64,000 nucleotides of DNA from an uncultured archaeon (GCA_964493715.1 CAZBPC010000002.1:1-64000); one strand, 5' to 3'; numbered from the stretch's first letter, positions 51,606 through 62,159 are shown. A program made the numbers and translations. Notes: generated from the sequence alone by a model not told the origin.

Positions 51606-53525
51606 ATGAAACAATTTAATTATAAAGATTTAGGGCTTAAATGTGGTCTTGAAATACATCAACAACTTGATACTGAAACTAAGCTGTTTTGCAGATGTCC
51701 AACTAATCTCCAAGGAACAAGAGAACCTGATTTCACTCTCAAAAGACTAATGCGACCCGTGTTAGGAGAAATGGGCACGTTTGATAAAGCAATGCTAACT
51801 GAATATGAAAAAGGTATGGAGGTTGTTTATGAGGGTTATAATGACGTGATCTGTACTTATGAAATGGATGATACCCCTCCGTTTTCATGCAATGAAGAAG
51901 CGAGAAAAATTGCTTTGGAATTGGCAATGCTATTAAACGCTAATATAATTGAAGAAATGCATGTTTGCAGGAAAAACTATTTAGATGGGAGCGTACCTTG
52001 CGGATTTCAAAGAACGATGATCTTAGGAACAGATGGATACGTGGAACTTAAAAATGGCAAAAAAATTGGAATTGACATTTTAAGCTTAGAGGAGGAAGCT
52101 GCTAGACGAATTAAAACTGAAAACAGAACAAATTATTTTAGGTTAGATAGATTAGGAATTCCCTTAGTTGAAATAACTACTAATCCTGATATAAATCATC
52201 CCGATGAATGTAGAGAATGTGCTGAACGATTGGGATTGCTTTTATGGTCAACAAAAGTAAAAAAAGTTCTCGGTTCAATACGTCAAGATATTAATGTTAG
52301 TATTAAGTTAGGAACTCGAATCGAGATAAAAGGAGTACAAAAATTAGGATGGATACCCGTTCTAATTAATCATGAAATCTCCCGGCAACTTGGATTGGTA
52401 CATATTAAAGAAGAGTTAAAAAAAAGAAATCTTAAACCAATTGATATTCCTTCTAATGGTCAAGATTTAACAAAGTTAATTAAAGCAAATACCAGTTTCA
52501 TAGGGGCGGGAATAAAAAAAGGTAAAACACTTTATGGTCTTAATTTGAAAGGTTTTAAGGGTATATTCGGTACCGAGCTGATGGAAGATTATAGATTTGG
52601 TACAGAAGTCAGTAGTAAAGTAAAAACTCTAGTAGGATTGAAAGGGTTGATTCATTCAGATGAAATTCTTAACAAGTATAAATTTTCAAATGAGGATCTT
52701 AAGAAAATTAGAAAATATTTACACTCTGACTCTCAGAATGATTGTTTCCTGTTGATTTTAGGTTCATTGAAAGATGTCGAAAAAGCCATTGATATCATTA
52801 TTCAACGGGTAAAATTATCATTCAAGGGGGTCCCTCCCGAAACTCGAAAAGCATTAGAAAATGGTAATACTGAATTTTTGAGAGAATTACATGGCGGAGC
52901 ACGATTATATCCTGATACCGATTCTAAAGCTATCTTTAATCCGCCTAAAGAAGCAGAACTTATAAGAAAAAATCTTCCAGAATATCCTTGGATAACGATA
53001 AAAGAATATTCAAAGAAATACTCTTTAGAAGAGAAACTGATTAAGAAATTGATCTTCAATGATAAACTTGAATTATTTGAAAAATTAATCAAGATATTTT
53101 CTGAAAATCCTGGTCTTATAATAAATGCAATATTAGAAATAACTACTGCCTTACGAAGAGATGGTAAAAATATGGAGAATATATCCGATTCAGATTTTGA
53201 AGATATATTTATGGAAATAAAAAGAAGAGAAATAAGTAAGGAAGCAATTGAGGAAATTTTGATAATGAAAGCAGATAACCCCGCTCTATCTATTGATGAT
53301 ATTAAAAAAAAATTAAAACTTGAGAAAATGACTGTAGATCAACTAAAAAAAATAATAGAAATGGTGGTTATCAACAACTTGGAAATTATAAAAAGTAAAG
53401 AAATGCGAGCAATAGGACCTTTAATGGGAGAAATTATGAAGGAAGTGCGAGGTAAAATTGATGGAGCAATTGTTTCTGAGGAATTAAAAACAGCAATTCA
53501 AAATAAATTGGAGGAATTAAAATAA
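51606..53525 (+). CDS. gatE: Glu-tRNA(Gln) amidotransferase subunit E
   Basis: GLEIHQQL, GFQRT, LDRLGIPLVEI, RQDINVS, RLYPDTD. Confidence 0.96.
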   Translation: MKQFNYKDLGLKCGLEIHQQLDTETKLFCRCPTNLQGTREPDFTLKRLMRPVLGEMGTFDKAMLTEYEKGMEVVYEGYNDVICTYEMDDTPPFSCNEEARKIALELAMLLNANIIEEMHVCRKNYLDGSVPCGFQRTMILGTDGYVELKNGKKIGIDILSLEEEAARRIKTENRTNYFRLDRLGIPLVEITTNPDINHPDECRECAERLGLLLWSTKVKKVLGSIRQDINVSIKLGTRIEIKGVQKLGWIPVLINHEISRQLGLVHIKEELKKRNLKPIDIPSNGQDLTKLIKANTSFIGAGIKKGKTLYGLNLKGFKGIFGTELMEDYRFGTEVSSKVKTLVGLKGLIHSDEILNKYKFSNEDLKKIRKYLHSDSQNDCFLLILGSLKDVEKAIDIIIQRVKLSFKGVPPETRKALENGNTEFLRELHGGARLYPDTDSKAIFNPPKEAELIRKNLPEYPWITIKEYSKKYSLEEKLIKKLIFNDKLELFEKLIKIFSENPGLIINAILEITTALRRDGKNMENISDSDFEDIFMEIKRREISKEAIEEILIMKADNPALSIDDIKKKLKLEKMTVDQLKKIIEMVVINNLEIIKSKEMRAIGPLMGEIMKEVRGKIDGAIVSEELKTAIQNKLEELK

Positions 53526-54887
53526 ATGTTCGATAAATTGCAAGGTTATAAGGGAAAAGTTAAAAAGTATTTGGAAGAAAACAAAATAGAAATCTGGGAT
53601 ATAGTTGAAATTGAAACCATCAAAACAACATTAAAAGGTATTCTTCTTCCTCGAAATGAATACGCAGATCCTAATTTTATTGAAATTAAACTTAAAAATA
53701 ATTACAATTTGGGAGTAAATCTCAACGAAGTTAATAAGATTACTAAAACTGGGAAAAAAGAGGCTATATACAAGATCCCTGAAAGAAAGTTCCCCATTAA
53801 TAAGGAACTCCTAAATGTTAGGCTCCTTGGAACAGGTGGGACGGTTGCTTCAAGGTTAGACTACACAACGGGAGCAGTAATTCCCTCATTTACTCCTGAG
53901 GAGTTATTTAGTTCTGTTCCAGAATTAGCTGAAATATGTAATCTTGATTGTGAAATTGTATTTGAAATATTATCCGAAAATATGAAACCCGAATTATGGC
54001 AACAGTTAGCTATTAAAATTAAAAAAGCAGCGGATGAGGGAATAGATGGGATTATCATTGGGCACGGAACAGATACGATGAGTTTTACTAGCGCAGCATT
54101 ATCTTTTATGTTAGAAAATTTATCAATTCCCATTGTATTGACCGGCAGTCAAAGAAGTTCAGATAGACCTTCCTCTGATGCTGCACTGAATCTTATCAAC
54201 TCGGCAACAGTTGCAACATCAGATATAGCAGAAGTCGTAGTAGTAATGCTTGGATCAACTTCTCATGATTATGGATTAATTCATAGGGGAACACTAGTCA
54301 GAAAAATGCATTCTTCTGTAAGAGATACGTTTCGCACAATCGATGATATTCCAATTGGAATGATCAAAAGGAATAGAAAAATAAAACTGTTTAAAGATGA
54401 TGTCCAGAAGCGAAATAATCGAGAAATAATTCTCAAAACAAATTTCGAAAACAAGATAGCTCTTATCTATTCATATCCTGGTATGGAAAATGAATTGATT
54501 GAATTTTATATAGATAATGGATATAAAGGGATAGTTTTTGCTGGCACGGGATTAGGTCACCTCAGTACCGATATATACAAGGCAATCAAAAGAGCGATAG
54601 AAGAAAACATCACAATTTTTATGACTACTCAAACTCTCCATGGTTTCGTGGGTATGGATGTCTATTCAACAGGAAGAGAACTCCAAAATCTTGGGGTAAT
54701 ACCTGGAAAAAATATTTTACCCGAAGTTGCTTATGTTAAACTTGGATGGGTTCTTGGACAAACCAAAGATCCTAAGAAGATTAAAGACTTATTATTAGCA
54801 AATATCGCAAGGGAATTTATTGAGCGAGAATTGCCCATTGCATTTAATTATAATATTGATGAATTGCTCAAAAATAATAAGCTCTAA
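53526..54887 (+). CDS. gatD: Glu-tRNA(Gln) amidotransferase subunit D
   Basis: TGGTVASRLDY, HGTDTM, SQRSSDRPSSD. Confidence 0.96.
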   Translation: MFDKLQGYKGKVKKYLEENKIEIWDIVEIETIKTTLKGILLPRNEYADPNFIEIKLKNNYNLGVNLNEVNKITKTGKKEAIYKIPERKFPINKELLNVRLLGTGGTVASRLDYTTGAVIPSFTPEELFSSVPELAEICNLDCEIVFEILSENMKPELWQQLAIKIKKAADEGIDGIIIGHGTDTMSFTSAALSFMLENLSIPIVLTGSQRSSDRPSSDAALNLINSATVATSDIAEVVVVMLGSTSHDYGLIHRGTLVRKMHSSVRDTFRTIDDIPIGMIKRNRKIKLFKDDVQKRNNREIILKTNFENKIALIYSYPGMENELIEFYIDNGYKGIVFAGTGLGHLSTDIYKAIKRAIEENITIFMTTQTLHGFVGMDVYSTGRELQNLGVIPGKNILPEVAYVKLGWVLGQTKDPKKIKDLLLANIAREFIERELPIAFNYNIDELLKNNKL

Positions 54888-54994
54888 GAATTTTTGCTTT
54901 ATTTATTTGAAATTTTATGAGATAACTCAAAATAATAAAAAATTTATACTTTATTTAATTAATAAAGATAATTCTACTTTGTCTAGTGATATAT

Positions 54995-55723
54995 ATGGGA
55001 AAACGAATACTTGTTCAGAGAAAAGGATACGGGCACTTGTGGGCACAATCTCCAAGTCATCGACATATGGGAGAAGTTAAATACCGATCGTTTGAGAAAG
55101 GGGAGAAAAAAATCACATTTAGTGTAACAGAATTAGTTCATTCCCCGGGAAGAGGAGCTCCATTAGCACGAATAAAATATGAAGACGGCAAGAAGGGATT
55201 GTGGTTACCCCCTGAAGGAATTTATGAAGGTCAAGAATTTATTCAATCTAAAAAAGGTTATGGCGTTCCTGTCGAAGTAGGAAATATTATCCCTCTTAAA
55301 AAAGCGCCTCTTGGAGCATTAGTGTTCAACATTGAAGGTACACCTGAAGATGGTGGAAAATTTGCTCGAGCTTCTGGAGTTTCTGCTATTGTTAGGGATA
55401 AATTAGACAATAAGGTACAATTATTATTTAGATCGAAAAAAATGCGTTGGTTTAATGATAGTTGTCTATGTACCATTGGAGTGGTAGCAGGAGGAGGAAG
55501 GACAGATAAACCATTTTTAAAAGCTGGAACCAAATTCTATGCCTATCGATCAAAGGCAAAAAAGTGGCCTATTGTGAGAGGAGTTACTATGAATGCATGT
55601 AGTCATCCTTACGGTGGAGGCGCAAAGCAATCTCCTCATAAACCAACAACAACTTCTCGTAATGCTCCTCCCGGTAGAAAGATTGGGCAGATAGCAGCAA
55701 GAAGAACAGGTCATCAAAACTAA
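54995..55723 (+). CDS. rpl2: 50S ribosomal protein L2
   Basis: MGKRILVQRKG, HSPGRGAP, VRGVTMN..HPYGGG, PPGRKIG. Confidence 0.97.
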   Translation: MGKRILVQRKGYGHLWAQSPSHRHMGEVKYRSFEKGEKKITFSVTELVHSPGRGAPLARIKYEDGKKGLWLPPEGIYEGQEFIQSKKGYGVPVEVGNIIPLKKAPLGALVFNIEGTPEDGGKFARASGVSAIVRDKLDNKVQLLFRSKKMRWFNDSCLCTIGVVAGGGRTDKPFLKAGTKFYAYRSKAKKWPIVRGVTMNACSHPYGGGAKQSPHKPTTTSRNAPPGRKIGQIAARRTGHQN

Positions 55724-55852
55724 AAATTTAATTTTCTGATTTTCTCGATGTCTTTGAATCATAATAATAAATCAATTCTGGCAAAGTCTAAAGCTATCAT
55801 TAAAAAATCTAAAATTCCTGAATTTAGACCGTAAAAATATCAAAAAAATCCC

Positions 55853-55873
55853 CTAAGATTTTTTTAATCTTAG
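55853..55873. terminator. Hairpin between convergent rpl2 and tfb
   Basis: CTAAGATT-ttttt-AATCTTAG perfect 8-bp inverted repeat. Confidence 0.35.
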
Positions 55874-55942
55874 AAAATATAAATTTAAAAATATAGCTTT
55901 AATAAAATTTAAAATTAAATAAGAAAAATTAAAAGAGAGAGT

Positions 55943-56824
55943 TTAAAAAGAAAATTCGACTGAAGTCAAAAGCTCCTTATATCTTGATCTTAGGGTAACT
56001 TCTGTCACTCCAATTATTCGTGAAATGTCTTTCTGACTAACTTTCACATTTCTTAGCTTGGAAATTAAATATATCGAACCAGCACATAGACCTTTTGGAT
56101 CCTTGCCCGAAATCGATGTTTTTCTAATAAAGTTCTGAAGCACTCGCATGGCTTCTTTCTCAACCTCAATTCCAAGACTTAAATCCGCACAATAACGAGG
56201 AATTAGTGAAACGGGGTTAATATGTGATATTTTTAAATTAAGTTCTCTTACTAAGATTTTATAACATTTTTTAACAATATTATCATTTATCGATGCTTCT
56301 TCTAATATTTCTTGAAGCGTAATAGGAACTTTCTCATCTTTACAAGCATAATAAGCGCAAGCAGCAATCATCCCATTAATTGAACGACCACGGAGTAATT
56401 GGCGTTTAAATACTTCTTTGTATAAACGTACTGCAGATTTCTTGACACGATCAGGAAAATTGAGATTTCCTCCAATTCTTTTTAGCTCAGTTATTGCCAT
56501 CAACATATTTCGTTTTTCCCATGATAAGTGAGTATTCCATTTTGCAGCTCGACGAAGATCAGGACTTTTAATTTTAGAACGATCAATTACAGTACTTAAT
56601 CCAATATCAGGCATTAAGATGGACATTGGAGAACCTGTACGTTCTTTTTTGTCTTTTTCTGATTTAGAATAAGCTCTGATCCCACTATGATTAATATCAA
56701 GACCCCTTTCAAAAATAACAAGCCCACATTGCATGCATACAGTCTCTCCTCGCTCTTCACTTGCAGTTGTGCTTCCACTACATTCTGGACATATGTTTGT
56801 TACGATATCAATCTCGACAACCAT
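55943..56824 (-). CDS. tfb: Transcription initiation factor IIB
   Basis: CPEC...CMQCG Zn ribbon, LLRGRS, GKDPKG, VTEVTLRSRYKEL. Confidence 0.96.
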   Translation of the reverse strand: MVVEIDIVTNICPECSGSTTASEERGETVCMQCGLVIFERGLDINHSGIRAYSKSEKDKKERTGSPMSILMPDIGLSTVIDRSKIKSPDLRRAAKWNTHLSWEKRNMLMAITELKRIGGNLNFPDRVKKSAVRLYKEVFKRQLLRGRSINGMIAACAYYACKDEKVPITLQEILEEASINDNIVKKCYKILVRELNLKISHINPVSLIPRYCADLSLGIEVEKEAMRVLQNFIRKTSISGKDPKGLCAGSIYLISKLRNVKVSQKDISRIIGVTEVTLRSRYKELLTSVEFSF

Positions 56825-57459
56825 TTTTTTTACCCTTTTATAATTCTTTTACAATAATATATTTAAAATTCTTGTTTGTCCCGTGTTAAATTGGGATAAC
56901 AAAAATTAAATGTTTACACACAACAATTTTTTTGTTATGATACAAATATTATGCTTTTGTATTTAAATCTTGTGATTTGAATTTGAAAATTGTGGCGATC
57001 TATATCCCATTGATAGGCAGTTATCTATATTTATTTACTTTTTTGATAATTTTTATTTTTATAACAAAATAAATATAATCACATATGTTTTTATAAAAAA
57101 TATAATTTTTAGTGTGCCATCCATACTAAAAAAATGATATATTATGTTAGTGATAATTTTCATAGGACCATAGGGCCTTCTATTCCACACGAAAAAAAAT
57201 TCTATTTTAATTGTGGGTTAAGAAGAAAAAAAGATACTAGAAAATAAAAAAACTTGACTTAAAAGAGACTAGTCGATTTGTATTAAAAAAAATAAATTAT
57301 CATTATAGGGAAACGAAAAATTAATTATTACAACTCTAACGTAGGAGAAGAGATAAAAATAAATTTAAATAATTTATCTCTTATCATCTTTTTGAACAAA
57401 AAAAAAAAATGTGGTAAAAAACCTTTGTTCGAATGACTCTCTTATCAGGTGAAATTTAA

Positions 57460-58497
57460 ATTATAAAAAAGGCTCCAAATTCCAAAGAAGAAGCAAATGA
57501 GCCCGAAAAAGGGGATGAAAAAGAGCAAAAGGTTTCTGATAAATCTTCAGAATCAAAAGATGAGGATTCAAATGATGACAATCGTCCTCATTTCACAGAA
57601 GAACAAATAGAAAATCTTGACTTGGAAAGTGAAATGCTAAAATTTTATATGCGTATGTATGAAGATGAGACTGATAGATATGCAATTTGGAGAAATACGA
57701 TAACGGAGGGTTTTAAAAGATGGCTAAAAGGAGAAAAGATCTACATGCGCGACAAAGAAAGAATCTCGCTATACGTGTCTGAAGAAACGAAATTAGAATG
57801 GCAAGATTTTCTCAATCAAAATAAAGATGATTATAGTTCATTTTCAAAACTCATTCGAGAAAGTGTTAAAACATTCATCGAAGATTCACTTAGAAATAGT
57901 GATGATATTTCAAGAATTGATACTAATACAATTGCAAACATATCTCATGCATTGAAAGAACCTTTAACATCAATAAAAGGATATTCTCAACTCCTTCTTG
58001 AAAGCAAGGAATATGAAGATAAACTCACTGATATCGTGAAAGATACTATCAAGAATATTTTTGATCAAAGTAATATCCTCGAAAACAAAATTAAAGACTT
58101 TTTGGATAATATAAAAGTCCAAGCTAATCATATTGATGTTCTTTTAATTGAAGATGATCTACCAACAATTCGATTAATAACTAAAATCATTGAAAGTAGG
58201 GGTTATGTATGCAAGGGAGTTATTAGCGGTTCAAAAGGATTAGAAGAATTAGGAAGAACTTCTCCAAAGGTAATCTTATTAGACATTATTTTGCCTGATC
58301 TTAGTGGATATGATATATGTAAAACAATCAAGTCTGATAACGAATGGAATCAAATTCCCGTATATTTCTTAACAGCTATTTCTGGATCTGAAGTCAGAAA
58401 ACACCTGAATGAAACAAAAGCAGATGGTTATGTTCTCAAACCTTTCAATTTTTCTGATTTTGAAGTCATTTTTGATATTTTAAATGGTGAAGCCTAA
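57460..58497 (+). CDS. RHH-HisKA-receiver regulator, paralog 1 (start probably ATT 57460; ORF track gives 57622)
   Basis: RISLYVS...SKLIRESV (RHH-like), SHALKEPLTSIKG (HisKA), IEDD...LLDIILP...KPF (REC). Confidence 0.85.
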   Translation: MIKKAPNSKEEANEPEKGDEKEQKVSDKSSESKDEDSNDDNRPHFTEEQIENLDLESEMLKFYMRMYEDETDRYAIWRNTITEGFKRWLKGEKIYMRDKERISLYVSEETKLEWQDFLNQNKDDYSSFSKLIRESVKTFIEDSLRNSDDISRIDTNTIANISHALKEPLTSIKGYSQLLLESKEYEDKLTDIVKDTIKNIFDQSNILENKIKDFLDNIKVQANHIDVLLIEDDLPTIRLITKIIESRGYVCKGVISGSKGLEELGRTSPKVILLDIILPDLSGYDICKTIKSDNEWNQIPVYFLTAISGSEVRKHLNETKADGYVLKPFNFSDFEVIFDILNGEA

Positions 58498-58541
58498 CTT
58501 AAAATTTTTGTAAAAAATTTTATATAAAAAGCACAAATTTG

Positions 58542-58553
58542 TTGTTATAACAA
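58542..58553. promoter_or_regulatory. Palindrome TTGTTATAACAA, candidate operator
   Basis: Perfect 12-bp palindrome upstream of paralog 2; near-matches at 56891, 56932 and 57056. Confidence 0.4.
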
Positions 58554-58611
58554 GATCTAATTTTTTGCACAATAACACAATTACTTTTAAACATTATTAG
58601 GTGATTAGGCT

Positions 58612-59556
58612 ATTAAAAAAGGAGAGAAAGATGCTAAAGAGGAATTTTACGATTCTCCTCATTTGAGCGATGATGAGATTGAAAAATTAGATTTGAATAG
58701 CGATAAAGCGAAAGATTTAATGAGAAAGTATCAAAAATCTTTTGATAAATATGCAATTTGGAGAGATTCAATAACTGAAGGCTTTAAGAAATGGCTTAAA
58801 GGAGAAAAAATATATGATCGAGATAAAGAGCGAATTTCTCTTTATGTATCAGAAGAGATGAAAAATGATTGGCAAGATTTTATAAAAGAAAACAACTACA
58901 CTATCTCAAAATTAATAAGAGAGAGCGTAGATTTCTTTATAAATAAAAAATTAAGAAGATTCAATGGAGATGTTCTTAAAACGGAGAGTCAAGCAATTTC
59001 TAACATATCACATGCACTCAAAGAACCGTTAACTTCTATTAAAGGCTTTTCACAATTATTGATTGAAAATTATAAGGATGATTTAAATGAAGATGTTTTT
59101 AACACCATTCAAAACATATTTGAACAATCTCAACTCTTAGAGAATAAAATCGTAAATATCCTTGATAATATCAAAACCGAAAAAACTCAATATGATATTT
59201 TGTTGATTGAAGATGATCAAGCAACTATTCGACTCCTCACGAGTTATTTCGAGAGCAAGGGATTTAATTGCCAAGGTGTTGTTAGCGGTACTAAAGGGTT
59301 GGAAGAATTGAATAACAATATTCCCAAAGTTATCTTATTGGATATAATTCTTCCCGATTACAGTGGGTATGAAATTTGTAAGATAATAAAATCCAATAAC
59401 AAGCTAAAAGATATAAAGATTTTTTTATTGACCGCCATCCCTGGTTATGAAGTAAAAAAACACATGGAAGAAACTAAAGCTGATGGGTACATCCTAAAAC
59501 CCTTTGATTTCTCTGACTTCGAGATTCTTTTCGATTACCTCAAAAAGGATGAATAA
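58612..59556 (+). CDS. RHH-HisKA-receiver regulator, paralog 2 (start probably ATT 58612; ORF track gives 58663)
   Basis: Same architecture, highly similar to paralog 1. Confidence 0.85.
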   Translation: MKKGEKDAKEEFYDSPHLSDDEIEKLDLNSDKAKDLMRKYQKSFDKYAIWRDSITEGFKKWLKGEKIYDRDKERISLYVSEEMKNDWQDFIKENNYTISKLIRESVDFFINKKLRRFNGDVLKTESQAISNISHALKEPLTSIKGFSQLLIENYKDDLNEDVFNTIQNIFEQSQLLENKIVNILDNIKTEKTQYDILLIEDDQATIRLLTSYFESKGFNCQGVVSGTKGLEELNNNIPKVILLDIILPDYSGYEICKIIKSNNKLKDIKIFLLTAIPGYEVKKHMEETKADGYILKPFDFSDFEILFDYLKKDE

Positions 59557-59588
59557 TTGAAAATATCACTGGGATTTATATAAGAGAA

Positions 59589-59695
59589 TGGCGGGCTATG
59601 AGGGAATTTCGCAATCATCCTATTCGGACGAATCTATCGAACCCCCGACCCCCCGGTTAAGAGCCGGATGCGCTACCTAGCTGCGCCAATAGCCC
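59589..59695 (-). tRNA. tRNA-Lys(CTT) with 30-nt intron in the T-loop (59606-59635); CCA genome-encoded
   Basis: GGGCTAT/ATAGCCC-G-CCA acceptor; CCGG-CT-CTT-AA-CCGG; TTCG/CGAA helix with 3-nt bulges restores the TTCGATT loop. Confidence 0.93.
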
Positions 59696-59733
59696 TGATT
59701 TTATATATTTTTTTACTACACCATTAATCAAAA

Positions 59734-59834
59734 CGCAGACGGAGGGATTCGAACCCCCGAGCGCTCACGCGCACCGGTTTACTCGAATATGAAAACACTC
59801 AAGACCGGCGTCTTACCAACTAGGCTACGTCTGC
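59734..59834 (-). tRNA. tRNA-Ser(TGA) with 18-nt canonical 37/38 intron (59780-59797)
   Basis: GCAGACG/CGTCTGC-G acceptor; CCGGT-CT-TGA; long variable arm GCGC-gtga-GCGC; helix CTTG/CGAG. Confidence 0.93.
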
Positions 59835-60094
59835 GTGTTTGAGATAATAAATGGTGTTGATACTTAATCATGAATAATTAAGTTAAATTAGATTATATTC
59901 AATTAAATAAATTTTTTTTTATTTTATCTTCATTTTTTCCTCGAAAAAAATTAAGATGTAATTTCTCTGACCGAATGTGCATTACTTGCACCATTTATAT
60001 CAATAAGGCACAAGACTGAGAGAGATTTACGAATTTCATGAGTAGAACCAAATTTTTCGTAAAATATAAATTTTGTTGTATATTAGAATACTAC

Positions 60095-60577
60095 ATGAGT
60101 GCCGCTAAAGACTTTAGATATTTAATTCCTCAAAAAATATTTGATGAAATAACAAAAAAAGCCACAGAAGCATATCCTAATGTCGAACATTATTGGATAT
60201 TTGCAGATCGCAAGGAGAATTTTGGTATTGTGACTAAATTCATTCCGAACCCTGACTTGAAAAAATCTAGAACTCATATGAAGCCTAGAAGTTGGATGCG
60301 ATACAAAAAATCTAAAATCTATAACATGCGTAAATTTAAGCAAGAATTAGGTGTTGATATTGTTTGGCAAGCTCATACACATCCCTCTGGTAACGAAAAA
60401 CTCCACCAAATCGATAAAAGAATACTTAAATACCTTTCTAATGGAGTGATGATTGTGGTAATACCTGAAATCCCAGATCAGAATTTAAAAGGAAATCTAA
60501 TTGGCTGGTATTATGATAAGCGGTATACAAAAAAACCCATAATTGAGCGCATGACATTTGAGATCATATCCGAATAA
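60095..60577 (+). CDS. JAB/MPN-domain protein
   Basis: AYPNVE...AHTHPSG.....ID JAMM-like motif (Ser replaced by His). Confidence 0.75.
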   Translation: MSAAKDFRYLIPQKIFDEITKKATEAYPNVEHYWIFADRKENFGIVTKFIPNPDLKKSRTHMKPRSWMRYKKSKIYNMRKFKQELGVDIVWQAHTHPSGNEKLHQIDKRILKYLSNGVMIVVIPEIPDQNLKGNLIGWYYDKRYTKKPIIERMTFEIISE

Positions 60578-60784
60578 TTTGTGAATCAATTTTACTCTTT
60601 AAAATCTATCAAAAAATTATAATCAATTTCGACGTGTTTCAATTAACTCCAAATGATTATGAATGATATTTTCCCTATTTCTTATTTTTCTTTACCACTT
60701 AATTGGGAGACGTTTTAGTAGTTATTTATAAGTTTACGATAATTACTGTAAAAATAATTATTTTATTTATGAAAAGTAATAACA

Positions 60785-61987
60785 ATGGAACAATCTACAG
60801 AAATATTGAATGTAAATTCGAAACAAGAAAATAAAATTACCTCTTTTTTCCAAGTTGATGTTCTGAAAACAATAATGATTTTTCTTGTGATTTTTGATCA
60901 TACCATTCCGTGGGATATAAAAAATCACTTAGGAGTGGCTCTCTGGGAAAGGATCTCCATTCCCGTGTTTTTGGTCATAATGGGGTTTAACATGGGTCTT
61001 TCATTTCAAAAGAAAAAAAACCAGTCTTTAAAGCAGCTTTATTCCTGGAAATACTTTCGGCACAAAATTATACGCTATGTCTTACCATTTCTTCTCCTAT
61101 ATCTTATTTCTTCCATAATTGGAGGATTATTTTATGGACCAAGTCTTCATAATATAGCAACTGGACAGTGGGGTACAAGTTGGGATGATCGTCACTTGTT
61201 CATAGGAATATTGCCCTTTTGGGGACCGGGTAATTGGTTCATACCAGTGATTTTTGGAAGTATTATCATTATGCCTTTAATTTATAAAGGATTCTCAGGA
61301 TCGACATTCAGGGCAACTATTTCTTTAATTATATGTTTTTTAATTGAATTTAGCCTGCAATTATTTGTCTATTATGCATTGAAAAATCCTAACCCACCTC
61401 CAACATTTATTACGTGGGATGATTATTATAATTATCTTATCATAGCTTGTAGTATATTTTTTTATCTTTCAGCAATTGGTTTAGGAATGTGGTTTTCCCA
61501 GAACCATAATATTTTTAATGTTCATAACTGGTTTATGTGGGTGCTATTTCCCTTGAGTCTAGCCTATCTCATAGCATACCAATTTTTTGATTTTAGGTTT
61601 AGGAATGAAAATGGAGTTTCTTTTATATCTGGTGATTATAATTTCTTAGTCTTTCCTTATTCAGCTTTCTTGGTTTTAATCGCATTGAAGCTGTTACCTC
61701 ACGAATCTAAGAATTGGTTTTCAAAGGGGATAAAAATGATAAGCAGATCAACTTATCACATCTTATTAACACAAATATTGTATTTTGCTATTGTAGTAGC
61801 ATTGTATGGAGATCATTATAGAGCAAGTATCATTGGAATTAACCCTGATCAAGATATAGTTGCGTTTTTATATCTCATAATAAATTGGGTCATTTGTATT
61901 CCGATTGGAGTATTTTGGTGGTATGTAGAGACGAAATTAAAAAATATTATTAGCACAAAAATCATACTCAAAAGAAACCTAAAATAA
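60785..61987 (+). CDS. Membrane acyltransferase (acyltransferase-3/OafA family)
   Basis: DVLK..MIFLVIFDH, IPVFLVIMG, WFI, TYHILLTQ; multi-TM. Confidence 0.85.
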   Translation: MEQSTEILNVNSKQENKITSFFQVDVLKTIMIFLVIFDHTIPWDIKNHLGVALWERISIPVFLVIMGFNMGLSFQKKKNQSLKQLYSWKYFRHKIIRYVLPFLLLYLISSIIGGLFYGPSLHNIATGQWGTSWDDRHLFIGILPFWGPGNWFIPVIFGSIIIMPLIYKGFSGSTFRATISLIICFLIEFSLQLFVYYALKNPNPPPTFITWDDYYNYLIIACSIFFYLSAIGLGMWFSQNHNIFNVHNWFMWVLFPLSLAYLIAYQFFDFRFRNENGVSFISGDYNFLVFPYSAFLVLIALKLLPHESKNWFSKGIKMISRSTYHILLTQILYFAIVVALYGDHYRASIIGINPDQDIVAFLYLIINWVICIPIGVFWWYVETKLKNIISTKIILKRNLK

Positions 61988-62078
61988 ATTCTTTTTTTAT
62001 TTTTTTTTACATAAATTGGTCTACAATTCACAATAAAAAAGTATTAAAAATTTAAAACGTTATATAATTATATAAAAA

Positions 62079-62159
62079 GCAATCGTCGCCTAGTGGTATG
62101 GCGCTGGTCTGCTAAACCGGTGTCCGACGGACTCGTGGGTTCGATCCCCACCGATTGCG
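62079..62159 (+). tRNA. tRNA-Ser(GCT)
   Basis: GCAATCG/CGATTGC-G acceptor; CTGGT-CT-GCT-AA-ACCGG; variable arm GTCC-gac-GGAC. Confidence 0.95.

Noticed and set aside
59961-60028. Possible structured RNA (ATTTCTCT...AGAGAGAT closing stem, CTGA motifs) upstream of the JAB gene
   Set aside because: No complete C/D-box or SECIS pattern, and no UGA-containing partner gene seen
1529-62031. Numerous short overlapping ORFs in the track (e.g. 1529-1762, 9039-9443, 12941-13531, 22169-22483, 31179-31502, 55258-55533)
   Set aside because: Antisense or alternate-frame shadows of well-supported genes, with no motifs
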